Origin: an uncultured Thermoleophilia bacterium
Lineage (GTDB): Bacteria > Actinomycetota > Thermoleophilia > UBA2241
Length of the DNA: 64,000 bases
Reading direction: 5' to 3'
Assembly (NCBI GenBank): GCA_963715985.1
Contig: CAVQSP010000013.1
Location: 32,001-96,000 of the forward strand
Both the position numbers and the translations under genes were made by a program. Of this stretch, positions 17,974 to 28,906 are shown piece after piece. How positions within the stretch are numbered: position 1 is the stretch's first letter; each line of letters begins with the position of its first letter. The notes beneath the pieces are model-generated. The model did not search any database. It worked only from the letters and a program-made list of their open reading frames with translations, and was not told where the DNA came from.

Positions 17974-20123
17974 TCACACCTTCCCGGCGGTCGCCGCCGG
18001 GACGTCCGCGTGCACGGAGTCCTCGCCTCGGCGTCCAGCTCCGAGCCGGACCCCTGCATCGGGTAGTCCTCGGGGACGTAGTTGAGCAGCACCTCGCCGG
18101 GCGCGTGGCGCAAGACGTACGTCACCGCGCTGCCGAGCAGGTCGTCCGTGCGCAGCTTGCGCACCGCCCCCATGATGACGACGTCGCAGTTCCACTCTGT
18201 GGCGGTGTCGACGATGGCGCGCCCCCGGTGGCGCGAGAGCACGAGGTGCGGCCACGCCTCGACTCCGAACTCCTGCGCCACGAGCAGGGCCGCGTCGAGG
18301 ACCCGCTTGCCCCGCTGCCGCTCCGTCGGCATGGGCGCGTCGAGCGGGAGGTTCATGGGGACCTCGACGACGTACACGACGTCGATGACGGCCCCCTTGT
18401 CGGCGGCCAGCTGGCAGCCGAGGACCATCATCTCGTCGCTCAGGCGAGTGCCGAGCACGGGCACCAGGATGCGTTCGTAGTCGACGTCCGAGCGGGCCGC
18501 GGCGGGCAGCAGCGCCTCCCGTGGCTGGCGCAGGAGAGCCTGCCCGGCGCTGCGCCGGTAGATGACGTACATGAGCAGGCCGGCCGCCATCCAGGCGAAG
18601 CCGAGGATGCGGCCGGCGGGATGGGTGGCCACCATCACGACCCAGATCGTGGCCGTGGCCACGGCGCCGATCACCGCCGGCAGAGGCAGAGACGCTCCAC
18701 CCGACCTGACGCTGAACGGCACGACGAACGGCCGTGAGAGCGCAGGCTCGCGATAGCGCAACTTGATGACCGAGAGGTGGGTCGCCGTGAACGCGAGCAT
18801 CGCCCCGAATCCGAACAGGCCGAGCAGGATCAGCGGATCCTCAGGCACGAGCAGGACGGCGGCCGCGCACGCGAACAGCACGACGCCCACGAACGGCTCC
18901 ATGCGCGCGGCCAAGACGCGTCCGAGCACAGGCGGTGCCTGGCGGTGGCGGGCCAGCGAGTAGAGCACCCGGGAGGAACCTCCGATCACGCCGTTGGCCG
19001 CGAGCAGAAGGGCGACGGCGATGACGATGGCCACCCAGGGACGGAGCAGCCGCTGAAGCCACTGCAGGTCGCCGGGCAGGGCGGCCACGATGCCCATCAG
19101 GGGGTCCTCGAGGTAGGCGCTGCCGAGGAGCGTGCCGTGCAGGCGCGTGCCCTGCCCGCCGGGTACGGCGAAGACGTCGCCCTCCGGCTTCTGCGCGGGG
19201 ATCACGTGGCCCTCGCCCTGCGCGGCGACCGGCACCACGACGGTGACGGAGGGATCCGATTCGTACACGTAGACGCCCGTCTTGTCGCCGGGGACGACCG
19301 GGACCGGCACCGTCAGCCCGGTGGCGGTGTCCACCGGCACCACGTTGGCGGCCGTGGGCATGGCCGACAGGCCCACCACGGCCAGCGCCACGCTGAGGAT
19401 CACGATGAGCGGCAAGACGAGGTTGATGGTGAGGGGCACGTCGCGACCGGGGCGCAGGGCGCTCTCGGCGCGGCTGGACACGGCGTCGAGGCCCGTGAAC
19501 GCCGCCGCCGCGAGCGGCACGGCGAACAGCAGACGGCTCCAGGTGGGGGCGCTCCCCAGGTCGATCTGGCTCCAGGCGACCCCAGGGCGGAAGAGCACGA
19601 AGAGGCCGAGCAGGATGAGGAGCACGAGCGTGACCAGCCCGAGGACGGCCATCAGGGCGCCCAGGCGCGGCGACTCGTGCAGCCCGAGCAGGTTGAGGGC
19701 CACGAGCAGGACCAGCACCCCGACGCTCACGAGCAGATCGTAGGGCCGGCCCTCCAGCTGCGGCCAGACGGCGCCCAGGTAGGACGGGACGAACTTGCAG
19801 GCGATGGCCACCAGGATGATGGAGTCGAGCAGGAGGGCCCAGGCGGCGGCGAAGCCGGTCAGAGGGTCGAAGGCGCGACGCGCGAAGCTCGCCACGCCGC
19901 TGGCCTCCGGCATGGCCGCGGACGCCTCGGCGTAGGACCAGGCGGTCAGGATGAACACCAGGCCCACGACGAGGATGAGGATGGGCGTGACGCCGAGCGC
20001 ATAGAGGGCGATACCGCCGAGGACGAAGTAGATGGACGTGCCGATGTAGCTGTAGGCGTTGCCGAGGAGACCACCGACCCCGACAAGTCCGCCGAACGTC
20101 ACCTGCTGTCGTCTCTTCGCCAC
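17974..20123 (-). CDS. APC-family permease with C-terminal universal stress protein domain (probable frameshift near 18030)
   Basis: IGTSIYFVLG, SYAE...PEASG, about 12 TM helices, then YERILVPV...IMGA...LGSAVTYVLRHAP; alternate frame ends at 17974 overlapping the next GTG. Confidence 0.85.
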
Positions 20124-20409
20124 GCGCCCACGCCTCCCGGCCGCCCCGGCTCGAGCCCCGTGCCGGGCCACGCTAGCACCGCCGCCCGCCGCGCTCAAGT
20201 GCCTTCCCTCCTCGTTCCGACGAATGAGGGGACTCTCATCCGCAGGATGGAGACGGCTCTCGTTCTCCGGATACGTCTCCGGCCTTTTCCTGACGGCAGG
20301 GCACGGAGTATCCTTGCCGTCAGTCGAGGTCGTGCGAGGCGGCGACGTTGGGAGGGCCGGCGTCCGTCGCATCGACGGCCGTCATGAGTGGCCCCGACGC
20401 GAGGTGCCC

Positions 20410-21033
20410 GTGGACGAACAACTCCAGAGCCTGCTGGACCGCATCCAGCGCGAGGGTGTGGAGCGCGCCGAGGCGGAGGCCGCGCGCATCGTCGCGGAGG
20501 CGGACCAGCAGGCGCGACGCATCGTGTCGGCGGCCGAGACGGAGGCGGCGGAGGTCCGCGCCCGCGCCGAGGTGGACACGGCGGCGAGCGTCGCGCGCGC
20601 CGAGAAGGCCCTCGAACAGGCGGCGCGCGACTTCCTGCTCTCCCTGCGGAACAGCATCGAGGCCCTCCTGCGCGAAAGCCTCTGCGGCGCGCTCGCCGAC
20701 GCGCTCGCGCCCACCGTGGTCGCCGAGATGCTGGTCCGTCTGGCGGACGCATACGCCGCCCACGACATGAACGAGAGCCGCGTGGACGTGCTGCTCTCCG
20801 CCGAGGACCAGGATGCCGTGGCCGCGGTCGTCATGGAGAAGTACCGGGCCCTGGTCTCACAGGGGCTGACTCTTCGGCCCGACGAGCGCATCGACAAGGG
20901 CTTCAAAGTGTCGTTCGTGGACGACAACCTGTACCACGACTTCACGGCGGAGGCGCTCGCCGACGCGCTCGCCCCGGTCCTCAAACCCCCGCTGTGCGAC
21001 ATCGTCCGGCGGGCCGCGGCGGAGCTCGGCTGA
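20410..21033 (+). CDS. V/A-type ATPase subunit E
   Basis: LQSLLDRIQREGVERA...KGFKV...DFTAEALA; first gene of the operon. Confidence 0.85.
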   Translation: MDEQLQSLLDRIQREGVERAEAEAARIVAEADQQARRIVSAAETEAAEVRARAEVDTAASVARAEKALEQAARDFLLSLRNSIEALLRESLCGALADALAPTVVAEMLVRLADAYAAHDMNESRVDVLLSAEDQDAVAAVVMEKYRALVSQGLTLRPDERIDKGFKVSFVDDNLYHDFTAEALADALAPVLKPPLCDIVRRAAAELG

Positions 21034-21570
21034 GTGGAGTACGTCTACCTCCTGGCCGGATTGCCTCGCCTGGAACTGACCGATTCGCCGCCCCTCACCT
21101 CCGCCGGGCTTCTGGCCGCGATGGACGGCGTGGTGCGGCCGGACCATCGCGAGGAGGTCCGGGCGATCCTCCAGGGCAGGTTCGACGACGTGCGCCACAC
21201 CGAGGCCCGGAGGTACCTGGACCTGGACATTCAGCTCCGCAATGCCCTGGCCCGCCTGCGCGCGCGCCGCGCCGGCGCCGAGTACGATGCGCGGGCGCAT
21301 ACGCATCAAGGCTACGACCTGCGCTGCGAGGCCACCGCCGCTCACGCCGGCGCTCTGCAGGACCCGCTGGCGCGCGAGCTCGCCCTCGACCGCTTCCGCT
21401 GGGCCCTGCTCGACGAGATCGCGACGATGCCGGCCTTCGGCGTCCAGGCCCTCTTCGCCTACGCGTTCAAGCTGCGTCTCAGCGAGAAGTGGGCGGCGAT
21501 GAGCGACGAGCGCGGCCTGGAGCTGACGGCCGAGATCGTGGAACGTGAGCTCGCGGGGAGAGTGTCGTGA
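21034..21570 (+). CDS. V/A-type ATPase subunit C-like (DUF2764)
   Basis: YVYLLAGLP...LDRFRW...AYAFKLRL; lies between E and A. Confidence 0.75.
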   Translation: MEYVYLLAGLPRLELTDSPPLTSAGLLAAMDGVVRPDHREEVRAILQGRFDDVRHTEARRYLDLDIQLRNALARLRARRAGAEYDARAHTHQGYDLRCEATAAHAGALQDPLARELALDRFRWALLDEIATMPAFGVQALFAYAFKLRLSEKWAAMSDERGLELTAEIVERELAGRVS

Positions 21571-23301
21571 GCGTGCGCAGCGGTCGCGTGATGGGGGTCA
21601 ACGGCAACCTCGTCACAGTGGAGTTCGACGCCGCCGTGACCCAGAACGAGGTCGCTTACGTCCTGCAGGACGACGTGCGGCTCATCGCCGAGGTCATCCG
21701 CGTGCGCGGTCGCTATGCCGACGCGCAGGTGTTCGAGAGCACTGCCGGCGTCAGGGTCGGCGACCCCGTGGAGCTCATGGGCGACCTGCTCTCGGTCGAG
21801 CTCGGCCCCGGGCTGCTCGCCGAGGTGTACGACGGCCTGCAGAACCCGCTCAACGTCATCGCCGAGCGGCACGGCTTCTTCCTGCCGCGAGGCGTGCAGG
21901 TCGAGGCGCTGCCTCGCGACCGCGCCTGGGAGTTCCGGCCGCGCGCCGACCGCAGGCGACCTCGTACGCGCCGGCGACACGCTGGGCGTGGTCCCCGAGG
22001 GCATCTTCGAGCACCGCATCATGGCGCCCTTCGCGCTCGAAGGGGTGGCGGAGGTGGTCGAGGTCGCCTCCGCCGGCGAGCACACGGTCAGCGACCGGAT
22101 CGCCGTGCTGCGCGACCGCACCGGCGACCTGCGTGACGTGACCATGCTGCAGACGTGGCCGGTCAAGCGGCCCATCCGCTGTTATGCGGAGCGGCTGCGC
22201 CCCACGGAGCAGCTGGTGACCAGCATGCGCATCCTCGACACGTTCTTCCCGGTGGCCAAGGGCGGCACCTACTGCATCCCCGGCCCGTTCGGCGCCGGCA
22301 AGACGGTGCTGCAGCAACTCACCAGCCGCCACGCCGAGGTGGATGTGGTGGTCGTGGCGGCCTGTGGGGAGCGCGCCGGCGAGGTGGTGGAGACGCTGCG
22401 CGAGTTCCCGATGCTCACCGACCCGCGCACCGGCCGCAGCCTCATGGAGCGCACGGTCATCATCTGCAATACCAGCTCCATGCCGGTGGCGGCTCGCGAG
22501 GCGTCCGTGTACACGGCCGTGACCATCGCCGAGTACTACCGCCAGATGGGCCTGCACGTGCTGCTGCTCGCCGACTCCACCTCGCGCTGGGCACAGGCGC
22601 TGCGCGAGATGTCGGGGCGGCTGGAGGAGATCCCGGGCGAGGAGGCGTTCCCGGCCTACCTCGAATCGGTGATCGCCGCCTTCTACGAGCGCGCCGCCCT
22701 CGTGCGCCTCAACGACGGCTCGTTCGGCTCCGTGACCATCGGCGGCACCGTGAGCCCCGCCGGCGGAGACTTCGAAGAACCGGTCACGCAGTCCACCCTC
22801 AAGGTGGTCGGCGCCTTCCACGGCCTCTCCCGGCAGCGCTCGGACGCACGCAGGTACCCTGCCATCGACCCGCTCGACAGCTGGAGCAAGTACCCGAGCA
22901 TCGTGCCCGACCGCGAGATAGCCCTGGCGCGGGACGTGCTCACGAAGGGCCACGAGGTCCAGGAGATGATGAAGGTGGTCGAGGAGGAGGGCACGGCGAT
23001 GGCCGACTTCGTCGTGTACCTCAAGGCCGAGTACCTGGACGCCGTATACCTGCAGCAGGATGCGTTCGACCCCGTTGACGGCGCGTCGCCCGCCGAGCGC
23101 CAGCGGCACGTGTTCGCGCACGTGGCCGGCGTGCTGGCGGCGGACGTGGACTTCGTCGACAAGGACGCCGCGCGCTCGTTCTTCCAGGCGCTGACGCAGG
23201 CCACCAAAGACTGGAACCGGGCGGCGATGGACGACGAGTCCTTTGCCGCCGCTGAGGCCCGGCTCAGGGCCATGCTCTCGGAAGTGATGGCCGATGCGTA
23301 A
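21567..23301 (+). CDS. V/A-type ATPase catalytic subunit A (frameshift near 21945)
   Basis: ELGPGLL...YDGLQNPL in one frame; [24 protein letters not shown] in the next. Confidence 0.93.
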
Positions 23302-24592
23302 GGTGTACCAGCAGATCGCGCAGATCGCCGGCAACGTCGTCACCGTGCGCGCGACGGGCGTGGGCAACCAGGAGCTGGCGCAGATCGAGGCGCCCGGCTT
23401 CTCCTCGCTGGCCCAGGTGATCCGCATCGAGGGCGACAGTGTGACGATGCAGGTGTTCTCGGGCACGCGAGGGGTGCCCACCGACGCCGAGATCCGCTTC
23501 CTCGGGCGCCAGGCCCTGACGCCCTACTCCGAGGCGCTTCTGGGACGCGTGTTCACCGGCGGAGGCACGCCGCGTGACGGCGGGCCGTCGCTGGAGGAGG
23601 ACCTCATCCCCATCACCGGCCCCACCGTGAACCCGGCGCGGCGCATCGTCCCGAGCAAGATGATCCGCACCGGCATCCCGATGATCGACGTGTTCAACAG
23701 CCTCGTGGAGTCGCAGAAGCTGCCGATCTTCTCCGTCGCCGGCGAGCCCTACAACCAGCTGCTGGCGCGCATCGCCCTGAACGCCGAGGTCGACATCATC
23801 GTGCTCGGTGGTATGGGTCTGAAGTACGACGACTACCTGTACTTCCGCGACACGCTCGAGGAGCGAGGCGCTCTCTCCCGCGCCATCATGTACGTGCACA
23901 CGGCCGCCGACCCCGTGGTCGAGTGCCTGCTGGTGCCGGACACGTGCCTCGCGGTCGCGGAGCGCTTCGCCCTCGAGGGCAAGCGCGTGCTGGTCCTGCT
24001 CACCGACATGACCAACTTCGCCGACTCCCTCAAGGAGGTGGCGATCACCATGGAGCAGATCCCCTCCACGCGCGGATATCCGGGCGACCTGTACAGCCAG
24101 CTCGCCGCGCGCTACGAGAAGGCGGTGGACTTCGAGGGCGCCGGCTCCGTGACCGTGCTGGCCGTGACCACCATGCCCGGCGACGACGTCACGCACCCGA
24201 TCCCCGACAACACCGGCTACATCACCGAGGGCCAGTTCTACCTGAGGAACGGTCGCATCGAGCCGTTCGGCTCCCTGAGCCGCCTCAAGCAGCAGGTCAA
24301 CGCCCGCACGCGCGACGACCATCGCACGATCATGAACACGATGATCCAGCTGTACGCGGGGTTCAAGGAGAGCCAGGAGAAGCAGTCCATGGGCTTTCGC
24401 ATGAGCTCCTGGGACGAGAAGCTGCTCAAGTACGGCGCCCTCTTCGAGGGGCACATGATGGACCTCGGCGTGACCATGTCGCTCGAGGAGGCGCTGGACC
24501 TCGGCTGGCGCATCCTGGCGGACTGCTTCACGCCGCAGGAGACCGGCATCCCCACCAGCCTGGTCGAGCGGTTCTGGCCGGCGCCGGGGTGA
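23294..24592 (+). CDS. V/A-type ATPase subunit B
   Basis: [36 protein letters not shown]. Confidence 0.95.
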   Translation: MRKVYQQIAQIAGNVVTVRATGVGNQELAQIEAPGFSSLAQVIRIEGDSVTMQVFSGTRGVPTDAEIRFLGRQALTPYSEALLGRVFTGGGTPRDGGPSLEEDLIPITGPTVNPARRIVPSKMIRTGIPMIDVFNSLVESQKLPIFSVAGEPYNQLLARIALNAEVDIIVLGGMGLKYDDYLYFRDTLEERGALSRAIMYVHTAADPVVECLLVPDTCLAVAERFALEGKRVLVLLTDMTNFADSLKEVAITMEQIPSTRGYPGDLYSQLAARYEKAVDFEGAGSVTVLAVTTMPGDDVTHPIPDNTGYITEGQFYLRNGRIEPFGSLSRLKQQVNARTRDDHRTIMNTMIQLYAGFKESQEKQSMGFRMSSWDEKLLKYGALFEGHMMDLGVTMSLEEALDLGWRILADCFTPQETGIPTSLVERFWPAPG

Positions 24593-24595
24593 GTC

Positions 24596-25210
24596 ATGGC
24601 CAAGGTCAAGAAGACCAAGAACGAGCTCAAGGCGCAGCGCGAGGCGCTGCGCCGGTACGAGCGTTTTCTGCCCACGCTGGAGCTCAAGAAGCAGCAGCTC
24701 CAGCGTGAGGTGCGGCGCGCCGAGGCCGAGCTGCAGCGCTGTGTGGCGCGCCGCGAGGAGCTGCTCGGCGACGTGCGCCCGTGGGTCAAGCTCCTGCCGC
24801 TGCTCCCGGACCTCGGCGAGTACGTGCGCCTCGAGGGCGTCGAGCTGGACACGGTCAATGTGGCCGGCGTGAACGTCCCAGTGCTCGCCGGCCTCAGCTT
24901 CGCCCGCGTGGAGATCGACTACTTCGCCACGCCGGCGTGGCTCGACGACGCCGTCGAGGCGCTCGGCGAGCTGGTCCGGCTGCGCGCGGAGCAGCTCGTG
25001 CTGGGGCGCCGGCGCGACCTTCTCGCCGAGGAGCTCCGCCTCACCTCCCAGCGCGTGAACCTCTTCGAGAAGGTGATGATCCCGCGGGCCCTGGAGAACA
25101 TCCGCATCATCCGTATCGCCCAGGGTGACGCGCAGACGGCGGCCGTGGCGCGCGCCAAGCTGGCCAAGAGCAAGGCCGTGAGCGTGCTGTCCGGGAGCGC
25201 GGCGCAGTGA
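24596..25210 (+). CDS. V/A-type ATPase subunit D
   Basis: TKNELK...LPTLELKKQQL...RVNLFEKVMIP. Confidence 0.92.
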   Translation: MAKVKKTKNELKAQREALRRYERFLPTLELKKQQLQREVRRAEAELQRCVARREELLGDVRPWVKLLPLLPDLGEYVRLEGVELDTVNVAGVNVPVLAGLSFARVEIDYFATPAWLDDAVEALGELVRLRAEQLVLGRRRDLLAEELRLTSQRVNLFEKVMIPRALENIRIIRIAQGDAQTAAVARAKLAKSKAVSVLSGSAAQ

Positions 25211-27009
25211 TCGTGCGCATGAAACGTCTCACGCTGCTGTGCCTCGCGGCCCGGCGGGAGGAGGCCCTGGAGGCGCTGCGCGACGTGGGCGTCGTCCACG
25301 TCACGGACGTGCGCCCGCCCGAGGGCGAGGAGCTGGACGCGCTGCGCGCGCGCATGGCGGACGCGCAGCGCGCCGTCGATGCGCTCCCAGCGAAGACGAC
25401 GTCCGCCGCCGCGGCGGACGAGCTTGGGCAGCGTCCGCCCTCCGAGCTCGTCGCAGAGGTGCTCCAGGTACTCGGCCGGCGGCGTGAGGTGGAAGAGGCC
25501 GCGGCGAGATTGCGCGGCGAGCTCGCCCGGTACGACGGCTTCGGGGAGTTCGACCTTGCCTCAGTGCAGGGGCTCGGCGCGGCCGGCGTCACCGTGGTCC
25601 TCGGTACGGCACCCCCGGCGGCGGAGCTGACGGCGCCGCCGGGTGTCGTTCTCACCACCCTGCGCCTCGACCGGCGAGGCCGGCTGTTCACGCTGGCGAT
25701 GCGCAATGATCTGGCGCCCGAGACGATGGACCTGGGCGCGCACTACGACCTCGTTCCGTGGCCGGACGTGTCTCCGAGCCAGATGAGGGACGAGCTCGCC
25801 GGCTGCGACGCGGAATCTGCGCGGGTCCACGCCGAGCTGGAGTCGCTCGCCGCGGCCAGACCGGCCCTCGAGCGGTACGTGGCGGAGACCGCCGACGTCG
25901 TCCGCTTCGCCGAGGTCCGCGCCGGCATGGGCGACGCCGACACGCTGGCGGTGCTGCAGGGCTACGTGCCGGCGGCCGACGGCGACGCGGTCAGAGCGGC
26001 GGCCTCTGCACATGGCTGGGGGGTGGTCTTCGCCGACCCCCAGCCGGGCGAGGACGTGCCCACGCTCCTGCATCAGTCACGCTGGGTGAAGCCGGTGCGC
26101 ACGGTGTTCGACTTCCTGCACATCTACCCCGGCTACTGGGAGGCCGACGCGGGCTGGGTCTTCCTGCCCTTCTTCAGCCTGTTCTTCGCGATGATCGTCG
26201 GCGACGCCGGGTACGCCTGCCTCCTGCTGTTGCTCACGGGCGTGCTGCAGTGGCGCGTCAAGAGGATCCCCCGGAACGTGCTCCACATGATGTACATCGC
26301 CGGCGGCGCCACCCTGGTCTGGGGCGTGCTCACGGGCAGCTACTTCGGCATCCCCACGCTGCCGCCGGCGCTGGAGGCGCTGTCGGTCCCCTGGCTCTCC
26401 GACCGCGACAACCTCATCGACCTCTGCTTCTTCATCGGCGCCGTGCACCTCTCGTTCGCGCACGTGTGGAACCTGGTCTCGCTCGTCTCCACGAGGTCGT
26501 GGTTCAGGGTCCCCTCGCAGGTCGGCTGGCTGCTCGTGGTGTGGTCGATGTTCTTTCTCGCCCGAGGGGCCGTGCTCGGGCGCGGCGCGCCGTCGTACCT
26601 CCTCTACCTGCTGGGCGCGGGTATCCTCCTGGTCGCGGTGTTCATGAAGACGCCCCGGGAGGTCAGGGCGGAGTGGATCGACCACGCCATGCTGCCGCTG
26701 ACCATGGTCGGCAACTTCGTGGACATCCTCTCGTACATCCGCCTGTTCGCCGTGGGCTACGCGTCGGTGGCCGTGCTCGCGGCGTTCAACGGCATGGCCG
26801 CGTCCATCGGCTTCGACAGCGTGCTCACGGCCGTTGCCGCGAGCATCCTGCTGCTCTTCGCCAACGCGCTCAACATCGTGCTCGCGGGGCTCGGCGTGCT
26901 GGTCCACGCCGTGCGTCTCAACACGCTCGAGTTCTCCACGCACAAAGGCCTTGCCTGGCAGGGCCACACCTTGTACACCCCGTTCGCCAGACGCCGCGAG
27001 GCGGCGTGA
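25207..27009 (+). CDS. V/A-type ATPase subunit I (a)
   Basis: MIVRMK, FFAMIVGDAGY, DILSYIRLFAVG, VHAVRLNTLEF. Confidence 0.93.
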   Translation: MIVRMKRLTLLCLAARREEALEALRDVGVVHVTDVRPPEGEELDALRARMADAQRAVDALPAKTTSAAAADELGQRPPSELVAEVLQVLGRRREVEEAAARLRGELARYDGFGEFDLASVQGLGAAGVTVVLGTAPPAAELTAPPGVVLTTLRLDRRGRLFTLAMRNDLAPETMDLGAHYDLVPWPDVSPSQMRDELAGCDAESARVHAELESLAAARPALERYVAETADVVRFAEVRAGMGDADTLAVLQGYVPAADGDAVRAAASAHGWGVVFADPQPGEDVPTLLHQSRWVKPVRTVFDFLHIYPGYWEADAGWVFLPFFSLFFAMIVGDAGYACLLLLLTGVLQWRVKRIPRNVLHMMYIAGGATLVWGVLTGSYFGIPTLPPALEALSVPWLSDRDNLIDLCFFIGAVHLSFAHVWNLVSLVSTRSWFRVPSQVGWLLVVWSMFFLARGAVLGRGAPSYLLYLLGAGILLVAVFMKTPREVRAEWIDHAMLPLTMVGNFVDILSYIRLFAVGYASVAVLAAFNGMAASIGFDSVLTAVAASILLLFANALNIVLAGLGVLVHAVRLNTLEFSTHKGLAWQGHTLYTPFARRREAA

Positions 27010-27037
27010 CCGCCGGGCGGACCGGACAGAGGAAGGG

Positions 27038-27496
27038 ATGTCGATGAGTCCTGAAGCCGCAGCCGAGATGGGGCGCATCGGTGCCGTGGCCGCCATGGCA
27101 CTGGCGGCCGTGGGGTCCGGGATCGGCACCTACTACGGCGGCGCCGGCGCGGTGGGCGCCTGGAAGAAGCTGATGGCCCAAGGCAAGCCGGCGCCGTTCA
27201 CGATGATCACGTTCGTGGGCGCGCCGCTGTCGCAGACCATCTACGGCATGATCCTGATGATCACCATGACGGGCAAGGCCGACGCGGGCTACGACCCCTG
27301 GGCACTGCTCGGCATCGGCATCGCCGCCGGCCTGGCCATCGGCGTGTCGGCCTACGGCCAAGGCAAGGCCGGCGCTCACTGCGCCGACGCCCTCGCCGAG
27401 ACCGGCCAGGGGTTCAGCAACTACCTGGCCGTGATCGGCATCATCGAGACGGTGGCGATCTTCGTGCTGGTCTTCACCATCCTGGCGCTGGGCTGA
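27038..27496 (+). CDS. V/A-type ATPase proteolipid subunit K
   Basis: 4 TM helices; PLSQTIYG, SAYGQG, IETVAIF. Confidence 0.92.
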   Translation: MSMSPEAAAEMGRIGAVAAMALAAVGSGIGTYYGGAGAVGAWKKLMAQGKPAPFTMITFVGAPLSQTIYGMILMITMTGKADAGYDPWALLGIGIAAGLAIGVSAYGQGKAGAHCADALAETGQGFSNYLAVIGIIETVAIFVLVFTILALG

Positions 27497-27505
27497 CGCC
27501 GTCGC

Positions 27506-28264
27506 TCACTGCGCCGTCATCGCGCCGTCGGCGACCAGCACGGTGCCGGTGACGAACGACGACTCGTCCGAGGCCAGGAAGAGCGCGCAGTTGGCGATCT
27601 CGCGCGGCTCGCCGGGCCGGCCGATGGGCTGGAACGAGTCGATGGTCGCGTACACGTGCTCGAGGCCGCCGAGCATCTCGGCGTGTGCGTAGTTGACCGG
27701 CGTGTCCACCCAGCCGGGGGCGATGGCGTTGCAGCGGATGCCCTTCTTCACGTAGTCGAGGGCGATGCCCTTGGACAGCATCACGATGGCGCCCTTGGAG
27801 GCGGCGTACACGGTGAGGAAGGGCTCGGCGACGATGCCGTTCACCGAGGTGGTGTTGATGAGCGAGCCGCCGCCTTGCTCGAGCATGTACGGGATGGCGT
27901 AGCGGCACCCGTACATGGTGCCCTTGACGTTGACGTCCAGCGTGCGGTCGATGACGTCGTCGGGCACCTCGTGGAACACGCCCGGCAGGTTGACGCCGGC
28001 GTTCTGGAAGGCGACGTCGAGCCTGCCCCAGCGGCGCACCGTGTCGTCGGTGTAGCTCTGCACCTCGCCGGGGTCGGCGATGTCGCAGGTGACGGCGAAG
28101 GCGGCGTCCCCGATCATCGCCACCGTCTCCTCCACCGTGGCGGCGTTGATGTCCACGCAGGTGACGAGCGCGCCCTCCTCCGCGAACCTGATGGCCGTGG
28201 CCCTGCCGATGCCGGACCCCGCCCCGGTGACGATGGTCACTTTGCCGTCCAGGCGTCCGCTCAT
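27506..28264 (-). CDS. SDR-family NAD(P)-dependent oxidoreductase
   Basis: TGAGSGIG, NAG, YAASKG, IRCNAIAPG, DGAMTA; GGGAGG RBS. Confidence 0.93.
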   Translation of the reverse strand: MSGRLDGKVTIVTGAGSGIGRATAIRFAEEGALVTCVDINAATVEETVAMIGDAAFAVTCDIADPGEVQSYTDDTVRRWGRLDVAFQNAGVNLPGVFHEVPDDVIDRTLDVNVKGTMYGCRYAIPYMLEQGGGSLINTTSVNGIVAEPFLTVYAASKGAIVMLSKGIALDYVKKGIRCNAIAPGWVDTPVNYAHAEMLGGLEHVYATIDSFQPIGRPGEPREIANCALFLASDESSFVTGTVLVADGAMTAQ

Positions 28265-28435
28265 GAGATCCTCCCGTGGTCGTCGCTGCGCCGGCGCCCT
28301 CGCGGGCCGCGAGTGGCTCAGCCCCGCTTCCGGGCACAAGTGAATCCCACTGGGGCGGCGGCGACAATCCCGGGCGGCCGCCCGGGCCGATAGTCGCTGT
28401 GGCCAGGGGCAAGCGGGGCAGGAGGGGCGCGGGTG

Positions 28436-28567
28436 ATGGCTGGTCACTACTGCGCCGACGCGCTCGCCGAGACGGGCAAGGGGTTCAGCGACTATCTCGC
28501 CGTCATCGGCATCGTCGAGACGGTGGCCATCTTCGTGCTCGTCTCCACGCTGCTGGCGCTGGGCTGA
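28436..28567 (+). other. 43-codon ORF duplicating the C-terminal helix of ATPase subunit K (mini-gene or remnant)
   Basis: MAGHYCADALAETGKGFSDYLAVIGIVETVAIFVLVSTLLALG versus K tail HCADALAETGQGFSNYLAVIGIIETVAIFVLVFTILALG; GGAGGGG RBS upstream. Confidence 0.8.
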
Positions 28568-28813
28568 GGACGGCGGGGCTCGGGGCCCTACCCGCCCGCC
28601 GGGCGCGGACGGTATGGAGGCCGCGCGGCGCACATAAACGACGGCATGCGCATGACCGATCCGTCGTGAGGGAACCCACATGGATGTGGAGGGGTTCGCG
28701 CGGTCTTGCGGGCCCGAAAGGATGACGGCCCGGCCGACCGAACAGATTCGACATGGCCCATCCGAGGTCCTCCGGGGCGGGCGCCAGGCCCCTGGGGAGC
28801 AGGGAGGAGGTAC

Positions 28814-28906
28814 ATGGAAGCGCGTAGCGGTGGTGCTCGGCGCCTGATCGGAAGGGACGCCCGAGATTCACGACTCTTCCGATCCCGGATCGAAGGGGGG
28901 GAGTAG
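28814..28906 (+). CDS. Possible 30-aa Arg-rich leader peptide
   Basis: GGGAGGAGG RBS; TAG overlaps the GTG of the next gene. Confidence 0.35.
   Translation: MEARSGGARRLIGRDARDSRLFRSRIEGGE

Noticed and set aside
27496-28567. SDR segment as a transposon or integrative element
   Set aside because: No integrase, transposase or terminal inverted repeats; only the diverged direct repeat, reported as a finding.
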